In this document: positions 29,805 through 39,411 of the stretch, piece by piece
How the letters are laid out: each line of letters begins with the position of its first letter
Position numbering within the stretch: position 1 is the first letter of the stretch
Position numbers and translations under genes: made by a program
The notes under the pieces: model-generated
The model's input: the letters and a program-made list of their open reading frames with translations, nothing else
What the model was told of the DNA's origin: nothing
The model's database searches: none
Assembly (NCBI GenBank): GCA_041592955.1
Contig: JBFHPA010000001.1
Span: forward strand, 1-43,018
Length of the DNA stretch: 43,018 nt
Direction: 5' to 3'
Source: Pontiella sp.
GTDB lineage: Bacteria; Verrucomicrobiota; Kiritimatiellia; Kiritimatiellales; Pontiellaceae

Positions 29805-32012
29805 ATGAAAAGGATATGGATCGCACTATTGGCTGTGTTCATGACCGCAGGGATGGCTTCGGCGCAAATATGGTCGGAAAGCTTCAGCACCAATGCGCCG
29901 CCGACGTTGAATACCGACTCATTCGCCCAGATTACCAACGAGTATACGACCGGGCAGTGGACGACCCTTGGCGGCACGGTTGACACGAACGGCCAGCTCC
30001 GGCTTATCGTGAGTAATTGGGCGGATCAACAGGGCATGACCTGGGGGACAAGTATCGCTCTGGATGATGGTTTGTTTACGGCTGCGGGCAACTACCGTTT
30101 AACACTTGATATAGCCGCTATGCAGGCGGATGCCACATTGGGCGTGCGGGTCTACGACGCATCCATTGGTTCGGGCGGCACAAATAACTACTATCAGCTG
30201 AATAACTATCAGTATGGCTTAGGAACAAAGGCCAAGGTCGTTCCATTCGGAGACGCGACCACCAACCTTTTGGCCGAGGCCTTTTTGGGTAGCGCGCACA
30301 AGGGCATCCGGTCAATTGACTTCGCCTACGACGGTTCAGGCGATGTGGTGCTGATGCTCATGGCGATGTCTTCGGGTGCCACCGCCCAGCGCTGGATCGA
30401 AATTGATGAAATAAGCGTGGATGTGGCGACTCCGAATCCTGATGTTCCTTCATTTGCGCTGGATAACTATGACATGCTGCCGGAAGCGCTGGAAAACGAG
30501 GCCTATACCAATAGCACATTTCTGGCCTCCATTACCTCCAATCCGGGTTTGGAGCCTTTGGACTTTTCCGTGGGTAAAGCGAGCTGGCTGACCATCACGG
30601 ATGGAACGATTACCGGCACGCCGACGGTTGGCGGAACGAACACTTTCTATATTTCTGTGGCCGATGCCGACGGAGCATATGATGACGCTGTATTTACACT
30701 GCTTGTAACCAATGCAAACGATGCCCCGGTATTCACGACGGCCTATGGCGACAATCAGTTCTGGGCCGGGAATGCCTTGGCCAACCTTCCGTATAGTGCC
30801 GATCTGAACGGATATGTGTTCGATGAAGATGGCGATACGTTGACCTTTAGTGGAAGCGGTCCGGCATGGTTGACGGTTGCTACCGACGGAATTCTATCCG
30901 GGACACCGGGAGACAGCGATTTCGGAAACAATGCGTGGCAAATCATTGTGGATGATGGAACTGATTCCGTCACCGGAACCCTGCATATTGCGGTTCAGAA
31001 GAAAACGATTGTACACATCGAAGATTTTAACACAATGGCTACAGTACCAACTGCGAATCCATCGGTTTTCCCCACTCCGCAAACGATCACCACAACGGCT
31101 ACCGATGGTTCTTGGTATAAGGGCGGGACGGTCGTGCTGGATGGCGGCACTCTTAAGTTTGTGCGTGTGGCCGCCACCGGGGGTTTGAGTGCAAGTGCAG
31201 TTGTTTTTGCCGAAGCGCTTTTTGCCGATGGTGCAGGCACCTATACGTTGAGCTTTGATATTGTCAGCGCCGGTGCGGTCAATAAGACCTATGTGGAGTT
31301 GCATGATCTGGATCTGAGCGCCGGTACAGTGAGCGTACCAACCTATAAATTTGCTAAGAGTTTCGAGGATCCAGGCGGACTTCTGCCCGCTATCACGGCA
31401 ACCAACGGGGCCTCCGCCAGCATGATCACCAATGTCACCTATGGCGTCGGAGCACTGGGCGTCAAAAAAATCGAGTTTGAATATGATGGTTCCGGTGATG
31501 TCCTGCTGCGCATAGGCGCAGGGAAAAATGGATCTACAGAATGGTGGACCAATCATAAGATTGATGATCTATCCATTATCGGTTCAAGCCTGGCGACGGC
31601 CTACGATCTATGGGCTGCGGGCTACGGTCTGTCCGGTGCGGCTGCCGCTGCCACGAACGACGTCGAGCCGGATGGTGTAATCAACCTGCTGGAATATGCC
31701 TACAACGGCGATCCGACGAATGCCGCAAGCAAGGGAACCTACCCCGTCATGGGAGCAACCACGTTTGACGGATCGACCAACTGGATCGAATTCATCCATG
31801 TGGAACGCACCGGCGACAACAACTTGACCTATACGCTCGAAAAGAAAGACGACCTCGTCTTCGATTCCTGGACCAACAGCACCGATGCGGTCGTGGCGGG
31901 GGAAAGCCCCGTGGTTGATAACTACAAGACCGTAACCAACGCGGTGCCGACTGATGGCAAGACCGTCGAGTTTCTGCGGGTCAAGGTCGCAGAAGTTGCC
32001 TTGGATATATAA
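29805..32012 (+). CDS. Secreted non-catalytic modular protein: unknown module, two Ig/cadherin-like repeats, second copy of the unknown module, PVC-type C-terminal domain
   Basis: AGGAGG RBS and signal peptide; WLTI.DGTITGTP and PAWLTV..DGILSGTP Ig-like repeats; two F.YDGSGDV modules; C-terminal YDLWA..YGL...NLLEYA...FLRVKV. Confidence 0.8.
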   Translation: MKRIWIALLAVFMTAGMASAQIWSESFSTNAPPTLNTDSFAQITNEYTTGQWTTLGGTVDTNGQLRLIVSNWADQQGMTWGTSIALDDGLFTAAGNYRLTLDIAAMQADATLGVRVYDASIGSGGTNNYYQLNNYQYGLGTKAKVVPFGDATTNLLAEAFLGSAHKGIRSIDFAYDGSGDVVLMLMAMSSGATAQRWIEIDEISVDVATPNPDVPSFALDNYDMLPEALENEAYTNSTFLASITSNPGLEPLDFSVGKASWLTITDGTITGTPTVGGTNTFYISVADADGAYDDAVFTLLVTNANDAPVFTTAYGDNQFWAGNALANLPYSADLNGYVFDEDGDTLTFSGSGPAWLTVATDGILSGTPGDSDFGNNAWQIIVDDGTDSVTGTLHIAVQKKTIVHIEDFNTMATVPTANPSVFPTPQTITTTATDGSWYKGGTVVLDGGTLKFVRVAATGGLSASAVVFAEALFADGAGTYTLSFDIVSAGAVNKTYVELHDLDLSAGTVSVPTYKFAKSFEDPGGLLPAITATNGASASMITNVTYGVGALGVKKIEFEYDGSGDVLLRIGAGKNGSTEWWTNHKIDDLSIIGSSLATAYDLWAAGYGLSGAAAAATNDVEPDGVINLLEYAYNGDPTNAASKGTYPVMGATTFDGSTNWIEFIHVERTGDNNLTYTLEKKDDLVFDSWTNSTDAVVAGESPVVDNYKTVTNAVPTDGKTVEFLRVKVAEVALDI
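30855..31721 (+). repeat. Copy 1 of an ~870-bp coding duplication (copy 2 at 35142-36008)
   Basis: Offset of 4287 at both ends and in the core; 17 mismatches in 201 nt counted by hand (31113-31313 vs 35400-35600). Confidence 0.92.
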
Positions 32013-32015
32013 CTT

Positions 32016-32068
32016 TTCAAGCCCCTGCCACGGGGCAGGGGCTTGAATCCCTGCCCTGCGGCAGGATT
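32016..32068 (+). other. Tandem GC-rich RNA hairpins in the intergenic region before the PEP-CTERM gene
   Basis: ttcaagcccctgcc-acgg-ggcaggggcttgaa (perfect 14-bp stem), then cctgcc-ctgc-ggcagg; no downstream U-tract. Confidence 0.7.
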
Positions 32069-32094
32069 TAGGTAAAACAAAAAGGAGAAATAAA

Positions 32095-32814
32095 ATGAAG
32101 AAAATTGTCACTGCAGTAATAGCAGGTTTGATTGTGATATCGGTTCAGGCAGACGTAACCGTTTATTCCGAGGACTTCTCGAGCGTCACAATTGCTCTAG
32201 ACCCGGTAACTGATGGGGGCTTGGTCTACTACCCGGCTGATTTTTCCGCGGGTGAGTACGCAACAATTGCCGGCGTTGCTTCGGTTAATGCAAGCGACCA
32301 GCTTGTTTTGAAACCTAATGCAAATGGTGGTGCACGTGCGGTAACGACGGTTGTCGATAGCTCCGATTTTGTAGGAGTGGGGACTTATACCTTAAGTTTC
32401 GACTATGTTGATGCCTTCAATTTCACCGAACTCGATGTACAGATATGGAACGCGAAAGATGCTGCAATCGGAAACGGTTTCTACGTAGACGTTGTAACAG
32501 CCCAAGGTGCGGATGCCGTTGTTTCAAAATGGGCGGCCAGCACAGTTACGCTTACTGCTCTCAGCCTGAACAATGAGTATCCCAACGGCGTTCTTGAAGG
32601 CACCACCCAGACAATCGACTTCACCTACGACGGTACCGGCGATATCGTCCTCGCATTCACTGCGATCGACACAAGAGCTGCCGGAGGATTCCAGCAGCAG
32701 TTGGTATTAGACAATGTCAATATTACCACCACGATTCCGGAACCGGCCACGTTCGGTTTGGTTGGCGCAGTTGGTGGAGCGATGCTCTTCATCCGCCGCA
32801 AGTTCACGGTTTAA
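32095..32814 (+). CDS. PEP-CTERM sorting-domain protein carrying one copy of the unknown module
   Basis: AAGGAG RBS and signal peptide; C-terminal IPEPATFGLVGAVGGAMLFIRRK. Confidence 0.93.
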   Translation: MKKIVTAVIAGLIVISVQADVTVYSEDFSSVTIALDPVTDGGLVYYPADFSAGEYATIAGVASVNASDQLVLKPNANGGARAVTTVVDSSDFVGVGTYTLSFDYVDAFNFTELDVQIWNAKDAAIGNGFYVDVVTAQGADAVVSKWAASTVTLTALSLNNEYPNGVLEGTTQTIDFTYDGTGDIVLAFTAIDTRAAGGFQQQLVLDNVNITTTIPEPATFGLVGAVGGAMLFIRRKFTV

Positions 32815-32839
32815 TCGTATTGCGATCAAACTGAAGGGT

Positions 32840-32871
32840 AGAGGGGGGAGGTTTGCGCCTCCCTCTTTTTT
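32840..32871 (+). terminator. Rho-independent terminator after the PEP-CTERM gene
   Basis: gggagg-tttgcg-cctccc stem followed by tctttttt. Confidence 0.7.
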
Positions 32872-32969
32872 AAAGGGTCTTCCGCCGCATCAGTGGATAA
32901 ACAAATGATTAACACACCTTTTCCCTTACAACATGAGACGTAAGATGGAAAACAGGCTGGAGGATTAGT

Positions 32970-35900
32970 ATGAGTAGGATCGCAATGTTTCTGTGTGTTG
33001 CTGCAATGGCCGGATCAGCCATGGCGGATACGTCGACCACCCTTGTCGGCGGCTCGCTTCTTAACGGCGATTTCAATAATCCCGCCTCGGATGCAAACTT
33101 TCAGCAGTTGGCAAGCTGGGTCAATATCGGAACCGGAGCGGCCACGCTGAACGCGACCAAAATCAGCGACCCCTACGACTCCACCCATTATGCGATTGTG
33201 GGATTTCAGCCATCGGTCAAGGTATTCGGGTTGGATACAGGTCATCCGCTGGCTGAAGGAGATATTCTGGACATTGCTTATATATGGAAGGATGGCTATT
33301 TGTGGTCGGATGCAAGCGACCAAATTCGCGTTTCCCTCTTTGTAACGGACGACAACACCATTGGCGGAGCCCGTACCGATCTGGTCACGGACTTGTCGGG
33401 GCTTTCCACGGCGAACAGCACTTATGAAGCCGTCAACCACACCGGCATCTATGTGGCTTCGGCCGCCGATGCGGGCAAAACCCTCTTTGTCGCGATCGAT
33501 ACAACCATTGTGGATGAATCCTATGCCCAGCTGGATAATTTCGAACTGGTCGTTCGAACAGATACCACGCCACCCGCTGCGCCGGCCGTCCCTTCAGTCG
33601 CTGCCGGCGATGGTTACGTCTTCATTAACTGGCCACCTAATTCCGAACCCGACCTAACCGGCTACAGCATTTACCGATCAACCAGTCCGGGTGTTTACGC
33701 GGCACCTCTTGCGACCGGGTTGACGGCCAGCGAGTTTCTGGACGAAACGGTGCTCAACGGCACAACATACTATTATGTCGTCAAGGCTGTTGACGAGGGT
33801 AACAATGAGTCCGCTGCCAGCCAGGAAGCTTTCGCAAAGCCGAAAAACTACGTGATCTACTCCACCAAGAAGGGGGTGGGCAACAACAGCAATAACAAGC
33901 CCCTTCAGAAAGTCCGGGTCGAATCCCTGAATGCGAGCTGGTACTACAGCTGGAGTATGGACCGCAATTTCGACGTGGATGCCTCGATCGAATATGTCCC
34001 CATGCGGCATAACAGATGGTGGCCCAACCTGACCGAGCTGGCAGACTGCGGGACGTTCAATCATCTGCTGGCCTTCAATGAGCCCGAGCAAGTTGATCAG
34101 GCAAACATAACGGTTCAACAAGCCCTCGACCAATGGCCGGCTCTTGAAGCAGCGGCGGACCAGTATGGAGCCCTGCTCAGTAGTCCCGCGCCCTCGGGTG
34201 TGACGGATCCATGGCTCACCAATTTCATGGTTCAGGCCGAATCGCTCCAGTACCGGGTTGATTTCATCGCCTTCCACAAGTATCCCAATCCGGATCAGCT
34301 TTTCACTCAGTTGAAAAACGAATGTAACTGGGCTTGGGCCGAGTACGGCAAGCCGATCTGGGTGACGGAGTTCAACGGCGCGGACTGGAGCCAAACCGGT
34401 AGCTGGTCCATGGCGGACACCTATACCACGATGATCGAGCTGCTCTATTATTTTGAAAATACGCCCTATGTGGAACGCTATGCCGTATTCCCATGGGATA
34501 TCAGATCACCGGCCGGTGTGCCGTCTCCTGTTTTCGAGGTGGAAATCGATGCCGGCGTCGCGACGAACGCGACCGCCACGCTGACCCCGCTGGGCAGCCT
34601 GTATGCGCAATATCGGAATGACGATGTCAACGGCCCATACACGCAAACCTGGTATTATCTGCATAACAAAGACAGCAAGAAGCGGCTCCGCGACAATGCC
34701 GGAGTGCCCGCCACCGTTAATATTTTCAACGAAAACGAGTCCGTTGAATTCCAGTTGGTGGATGCAGGCAGCGGTAAGTATTACATCGTGAACCGGGCGT
34801 TGGGCAAGCGGTTGGGGTATAATGGATCCAGTCTGTTCTGGGCGGTTTCCGCAGTAGGCGACAGCACGGTCCAGTGGAACATAACCAACAGCACAGACGG
34901 CTGGGACTACATCAATCATGTGGGGTCTGGAAAACGCCTAAGCGGAAGTCCTCTGGGAATGGTGGCTGGCGGCAGCACGAGCGCATCCGTGCAGTGGTCT
35001 TTTGTCCGTACCCCCTCCGAATACGATGTCGGGCCGTATGTGGTGTGGGCCGCCGATGCGCTGTCGGGAATTGCCTACAGCACCGATCTGAGCGGGTCTG
35101 CACCGGCTGAAATCGGGGGCAGCGGAAGCTTTAGCATGATCAGCGGACCGGCCTGGTTGAATATGGAAACCAACGGTGTTGTTTTGGGTACGCCGGCTTC
35201 AGGCGATGCCGGTACTAACGATTGGCAGTTTACCGTAACCGATGGAGTGAATACTGCAACCGGAACGCTGTATATTGCGGTTCAGAATAAGACTATCGTG
35301 TATTGGGAAGATTTCAGCACGCTGACAGACGTTCCCACTGCAAGTCCGTCGGTCTTCCCCGCTCCTCAATTGATAACCACGGTTGCGAGCAATGGTTATT
35401 GGTATAAGGGAGGGACGGTCGTGCTGGACGGCGGAACTCTGAAATTTGTGCGTGTGGCCGCCGCCGGAGGTTTGAGTGCCAGTGCAATTGTTTTTGCCGA
35501 GGCGCGCTTTGCCGCTGGTGCAGGCACCTATACGTTGAGTTTTGATGTTGTCAGCGCCGGTGCGGTCAATAAAACCTATCTGGAGTTGCATGATCTGGAT
35601 CTAACCGTGGGTACAGTGAGTGTGCCAACCTATAAGTGGGCCAAGTTTTTCGAGGATCCGGATGGAACCCTGCCGGATATCGCTCCGACCGACGGTGCCA
35701 GTGCGAGCCTGATCACCAATGTCACCTATGGCGCAGGTGTACTGGGCGTACAAAAAATCGAGTTTGAGTATGATGGTTCCGGTGATGTGCTGCTGCGCAT
35801 TGGCGCAGGGAAAAACGATTCTACTGACTGGTGGACTGATCACAGGATCGATAACCTGTTGATCACGGGGTCGGTCCCGGCGAACGCCTACGACGTATGG

Positions 35901-36257
35901 GCTTCGAGCTACGGGCTGTCCGGTGCGGATGCCGCCGCCACCAACGACTATGACGGCGACCTCTGGAACAACCTTCTGGAATACGCGCTGGGGGGGAATC
36001 CAACCAACGGTCTCGACAAGGGCCATCCTCAAAGCTGGGGTCAAGGCGTCGGCAATATGGTTTATGTCTATCCGCGGAGAAAAGCTTCCGACCTGAGTTA
36101 CTGGCTCGAAACCAGCACCAACCTTGTTTCCAATGTCTGGACCAACAGCGGCTATGCCGTTTCCGGCACAGGAACGATCGACGCCGAATTCGATGCCGTC
36201 ACCAACACCGTTCCCATGGCGGATGACCAGGGCTACGTCCGATTGCGGATCGAATAG
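32970..36257 (+). CDS. Multimodular GH128-like glycoside hydrolase (unknown module B, FN3, GH128, ricin-like, Ig-like, unknown module A, C-terminal domain)
   Basis: SWYYSW, LLAFNEPEQ, PIWVTEF and VERYA catalytic motifs; FN3 segment NGTTYYYVVKAVD..NES; QW-type lectin-like repeats. Confidence 0.87.
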   Translation: MSRIAMFLCVAAMAGSAMADTSTTLVGGSLLNGDFNNPASDANFQQLASWVNIGTGAATLNATKISDPYDSTHYAIVGFQPSVKVFGLDTGHPLAEGDILDIAYIWKDGYLWSDASDQIRVSLFVTDDNTIGGARTDLVTDLSGLSTANSTYEAVNHTGIYVASAADAGKTLFVAIDTTIVDESYAQLDNFELVVRTDTTPPAAPAVPSVAAGDGYVFINWPPNSEPDLTGYSIYRSTSPGVYAAPLATGLTASEFLDETVLNGTTYYYVVKAVDEGNNESAASQEAFAKPKNYVIYSTKKGVGNNSNNKPLQKVRVESLNASWYYSWSMDRNFDVDASIEYVPMRHNRWWPNLTELADCGTFNHLLAFNEPEQVDQANITVQQALDQWPALEAAADQYGALLSSPAPSGVTDPWLTNFMVQAESLQYRVDFIAFHKYPNPDQLFTQLKNECNWAWAEYGKPIWVTEFNGADWSQTGSWSMADTYTTMIELLYYFENTPYVERYAVFPWDIRSPAGVPSPVFEVEIDAGVATNATATLTPLGSLYAQYRNDDVNGPYTQTWYYLHNKDSKKRLRDNAGVPATVNIFNENESVEFQLVDAGSGKYYIVNRALGKRLGYNGSSLFWAVSAVGDSTVQWNITNSTDGWDYINHVGSGKRLSGSPLGMVAGGSTSASVQWSFVRTPSEYDVGPYVVWAADALSGIAYSTDLSGSAPAEIGGSGSFSMISGPAWLNMETNGVVLGTPASGDAGTNDWQFTVTDGVNTATGTLYIAVQNKTIVYWEDFSTLTDVPTASPSVFPAPQLITTVASNGYWYKGGTVVLDGGTLKFVRVAAAGGLSASAIVFAEARFAAGAGTYTLSFDVVSAGAVNKTYLELHDLDLTVGTVSVPTYKWAKFFEDPDGTLPDIAPTDGASASLITNVTYGAGVLGVQKIEFEYDGSGDVLLRIGAGKNDSTDWWTDHRIDNLLITGSVPANAYDVWASSYGLSGADAAATNDYDGDLWNNLLEYALGGNPTNGLDKGHPQSWGQGVGNMVYVYPRRKASDLSYWLETSTNLVSNVWTNSGYAVSGTGTIDAEFDAVTNTVPMADDQGYVRLRIE
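35142..36008 (+). repeat. Copy 2 of the ~870-bp coding duplication
   Basis: Aligns to 30855-31721 at a constant offset. Confidence 0.92.
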
Positions 36258-36381
36258 CATACGTATAATAACCAAGAGGCTGAAGTTCGCCGGAAACAGG
36301 CTAGTGCCTGGAAACACCGCCGGATAAAAAACATTTGTCTTAAAAATCGAAATAATCGCGGTTTTATGAGATGACCTGCGT

Positions 36382-37194
36382 ATGAAATGGTATTTAGACA
36401 GACGATCCGCTCTGACTATAGGGGCTTGCGGAGTGCTTGGCCTCCGGGCGGGTGCCAGCCCGCAAGGGTCTGTAAAAAAAGGCTTCTGTTTCGATCCTTC
36501 AAAAATCCCCGACTGGCGTGCCCGACTCGAGTTGCTTCATGCCCATTGGTTCTATACATGGGGCATTGAAATGCCGAAGGGTGTTCCGCCCGGAATTGAA
36601 TTCATTCCCATGATCTGGGGACAGTGGACGTGTTCGCAGGCCACCATAAAGACGCTGGTATCGCAACAGCACAAGACCCTGCTAGGGTTCAACGAACCTG
36701 AGCAGCAAAACCAGTCCAACATGACGGTCGCGATGGCCCTCGAACTTTGGCCGATACTGATGGAATCCGGTATGCGTCTGGGCAGCCCCGCAGGTGTGCA
36801 TCCCGATGGGGAATGGATGACCTCTTTTATGAAAGAAGCCGACCGGCGGCATTATCGCATCGACTTCATCGCCATACATGCCTACATGGGGGATAACCCC
36901 AATCATTTTCTGGCGCGCCTGGAAAGAATCCATGCGCTCTACAAAAAGCCGTTATGGATCACCGAGTTTGCCGTAGCCGACTGGAATGCAACGGCCGATC
37001 AGCCCAATAAGTACTCGTCCGACGAGGTCTGCAAGTTCATGGAAATCGTTCTGCCCGCGCTTGAAAAACTCGATTATGTCGAACGCTATTCGTGGTATTC
37101 CTCCCCCTATCTTTTCCATCCGCTCGCTGCCTCGGTATTGTTCAATGCCGATGGCTCGTTGAACCGTTTGGGTAAACTCTATAGCTCGTTTTGA
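36382..37194 (+). CDS. Single-domain GH128-like glycoside hydrolase, probable Tat signal
   Basis: DRRSAL N-terminus; WFYTW, FIPMIWG, LLGFNEPE, PLWITEF and VERYSW motifs. Confidence 0.9.
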   Translation: MKWYLDRRSALTIGACGVLGLRAGASPQGSVKKGFCFDPSKIPDWRARLELLHAHWFYTWGIEMPKGVPPGIEFIPMIWGQWTCSQATIKTLVSQQHKTLLGFNEPEQQNQSNMTVAMALELWPILMESGMRLGSPAGVHPDGEWMTSFMKEADRRHYRIDFIAIHAYMGDNPNHFLARLERIHALYKKPLWITEFAVADWNATADQPNKYSSDEVCKFMEIVLPALEKLDYVERYSWYSSPYLFHPLAASVLFNADGSLNRLGKLYSSF

Positions 37195-37195
37195 G

Positions 37196-37219
37196 GTCAG
37201 ATTTTCCTGATTCGCGCAA
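37196..37219 (+). promoter_or_regulatory. Candidate ECF promoter (GTCAG-N14-CGCAA) upstream of the GH50 gene
   Basis: gtcag attttcctgattcg cgcaa. Confidence 0.5.
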
Positions 37220-37275
37220 CAGCATGTAGAGAGAGATTGGTTTAGAGTGATGTATCGTTGATTAATGAATGGGCT

Positions 37276-39411
37276 ATGAAAACATCAATTTATTCTAGCG
37301 TCATCTGCCTGATAATGATGACTCACGCAGAAGCGGGGTCAGCTGTTCCTGTCGTAAAACGACCTGTAAAGAGCCAGCCCGTCCGGATTGAGGAATTGCT
37401 GGCTCCTTCGCGACTTATACAGAATGTGGAATGCACAACTCCCGAAGGGCTTCGGTTTTCTTCTGCTGAAAACTCCGCATGGAAGTTAAGCGGGTCAATG
37501 CCGAACAAAAGCGGTGCGATCGTTCTGCGGCCGGAGACGGGAACGTGGGATATATCGGAGTACAGTTTTTTCCGGGTTGATCTGGTCAATACGGGCCCGG
37601 GACTGGTTTGGATTCGTGGGCGCCTGGATAATCCGGGTGCCAAGGATTGGTGCAACAGTACACCCAGCGAAGCGTTCATCATGCCGGGCGAGCGGGCCAC
37701 GCTGGGATTTCCTTATCCCCGTTCCGAGGCCGCAAACGATGCGCCCGGAATCTTTGCAAAGCAGATTGGAAAGCCGAATGGACATCGCACCCACTGGAAG
37801 GCGTTTGATCCTGAAAAGGTGACGGGCTGCAGGCTGGTCATCCAGTCCACTTCGCCACAGCTTTCGCTTGAGCAGATCAAGGTGAGCGTGGCGCAGCCCT
37901 ATGGTGCGGAGGCCAATGCCGAGCTGCTGGCACTGCCGTACCTCGACTCCTTCGGCCAGGTGCGCCAGCTGGATTGGCCGGGCAAGCTGCATGCAAAGGA
38001 AGGACTGGCCTTGCGGCGGCAGGCGGAGGAACAGGCCGTTGCGGCTGATCAGGGACCCTCGGCTTTTAATCAATATGGAGGTTGGATTAATGGACCGCAG
38101 TTGGAGGCCACCGGTTTTTTCCGCACGGAAAAGGTAAATGGCAAGTGGTGGTTGGTTGATCCGGAAGGCCGTCTGTTTTTTTCGCACGGGATCAACAGCG
38201 TTGGGTACGGGCAAACTACACCGGTAGAGGGGCGCGCAGCCCTTTTTGAGTGGTTGCCGGCAAGTGATGATCCCCTCATGAATGGTATGCTGAAAAAATC
38301 CACCGCGAATTTCATGATGGCCAATCTGGCCCGCACCTTCGGTCCGGGGTGGCAGGCGTCGGCCAACGAACGCATTCATCGGCGTCTGCGCCGCTGGGGC
38401 ATTAATACACTTGGTGCCTGGTCGGATGCGGAGCTTATCAAGCAGGCACGCACACCCTACACTGCAATCCTCCATGTTGGACATCCGTACAGCGTGCTCA
38501 AAGACGGCCTATCCGATCCTTTTTCCGAAGCGTTCAGGAAGCAGTTGCATAACGGCTTGAAAAAACTGCTGGGCCCCGAGGGCAGCGATCCATGGTGTAT
38601 CGGCGTGTTTATCGATAATGAGCTAGGGTGGGCTCATAAATTTGTGCACACGGCCTTTGCAACCGGAGCGAAGCAGCCGGTTCGGCAGGAACTCATAAAG
38701 TGGCTGGAAGGAAAGTATGGAACGATCGAAAAGCTCAATTCGGCGTGGAATACAGATTATGATGCATGGGCTATGATCAATACGTTGCCGCTTGAGCAGC
38801 AAACGGATGCTTTAAAGGAAGACATTCTGGCTTTGAGGGAGCGCATTGCTTCGGAGTATTACAAAACCTGCAGGGATGCCATGCGCGAAGTGCTTCCCAA
38901 TCATCTCTATCTGGGTTCCCGCATGCACAATGCGCCGGTGGAAGTGTTGCGCGCAACCGCCGGATACGTGGATGTACTGAGTCTTAACAGTTATGAATAT
39001 CGCTCAGGCAGCAAGGTTCCTGCCTGGGCGGATGTGCCCTGCATGGATACCGAATTTCACTTTGCCGCTCCGGACCGGGGGGTCCCCGGCGTCGGGTTGA
39101 TGTCCGTCGGCGATCAGCTTCAGCGCAGCCGGGCCTATGCGGCCTATGTCGTGGCCGGATTACAGCACCCCAGTATGGTGGGGACCCATTGGTTTGCCTA
39201 TACCGACCAGTCCGCCGCCGGACGCCCCGGCGAAAACTTCCAGATTGGTTTTGTGGATGTAACCGACACGCCGTATCCCGCCATAACCCGGGCCAGCCGA
39301 AAATTGGCCGACCGGATGTATTCCCTCCGCTCCTCGGATTCAACCGACCTGCTGGGAACACTCGAAGCGCTCTGGCGTGAAGATGCAAAACTTGCCCATG
39401 GCACGGATTAA
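37276..39411 (+). CDS. GH50 beta-agarase-like glycoside hydrolase
   Basis: DSFGQ..WPGK, YGGW...LEATGFFRTEK..GKWWLVDPEG, WGINTLGAWS, IGVFIDNE, EFHF and VGTHWF.YTDQ...GR.GENFQIGFVD motifs; start set to ATG 37276. Confidence 0.9.
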   Translation: MKTSIYSSVICLIMMTHAEAGSAVPVVKRPVKSQPVRIEELLAPSRLIQNVECTTPEGLRFSSAENSAWKLSGSMPNKSGAIVLRPETGTWDISEYSFFRVDLVNTGPGLVWIRGRLDNPGAKDWCNSTPSEAFIMPGERATLGFPYPRSEAANDAPGIFAKQIGKPNGHRTHWKAFDPEKVTGCRLVIQSTSPQLSLEQIKVSVAQPYGAEANAELLALPYLDSFGQVRQLDWPGKLHAKEGLALRRQAEEQAVAADQGPSAFNQYGGWINGPQLEATGFFRTEKVNGKWWLVDPEGRLFFSHGINSVGYGQTTPVEGRAALFEWLPASDDPLMNGMLKKSTANFMMANLARTFGPGWQASANERIHRRLRRWGINTLGAWSDAELIKQARTPYTAILHVGHPYSVLKDGLSDPFSEAFRKQLHNGLKKLLGPEGSDPWCIGVFIDNELGWAHKFVHTAFATGAKQPVRQELIKWLEGKYGTIEKLNSAWNTDYDAWAMINTLPLEQQTDALKEDILALRERIASEYYKTCRDAMREVLPNHLYLGSRMHNAPVEVLRATAGYVDVLSLNSYEYRSGSKVPAWADVPCMDTEFHFAAPDRGVPGVGLMSVGDQLQRSRAYAAYVVAGLQHPSMVGTHWFAYTDQSAAGRPGENFQIGFVDVTDTPYPAITRASRKLADRMYSLRSSDSTDLLGTLEALWREDAKLAHGTD

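Noticed and set aside
30855-36008. Duplicated segment as a diversity-generating retroelement TR/VR pair
   Set aside because: Mismatches are mostly synonymous and not adenine-specific, both copies are coding, and there is no reverse transcriptase in the window.
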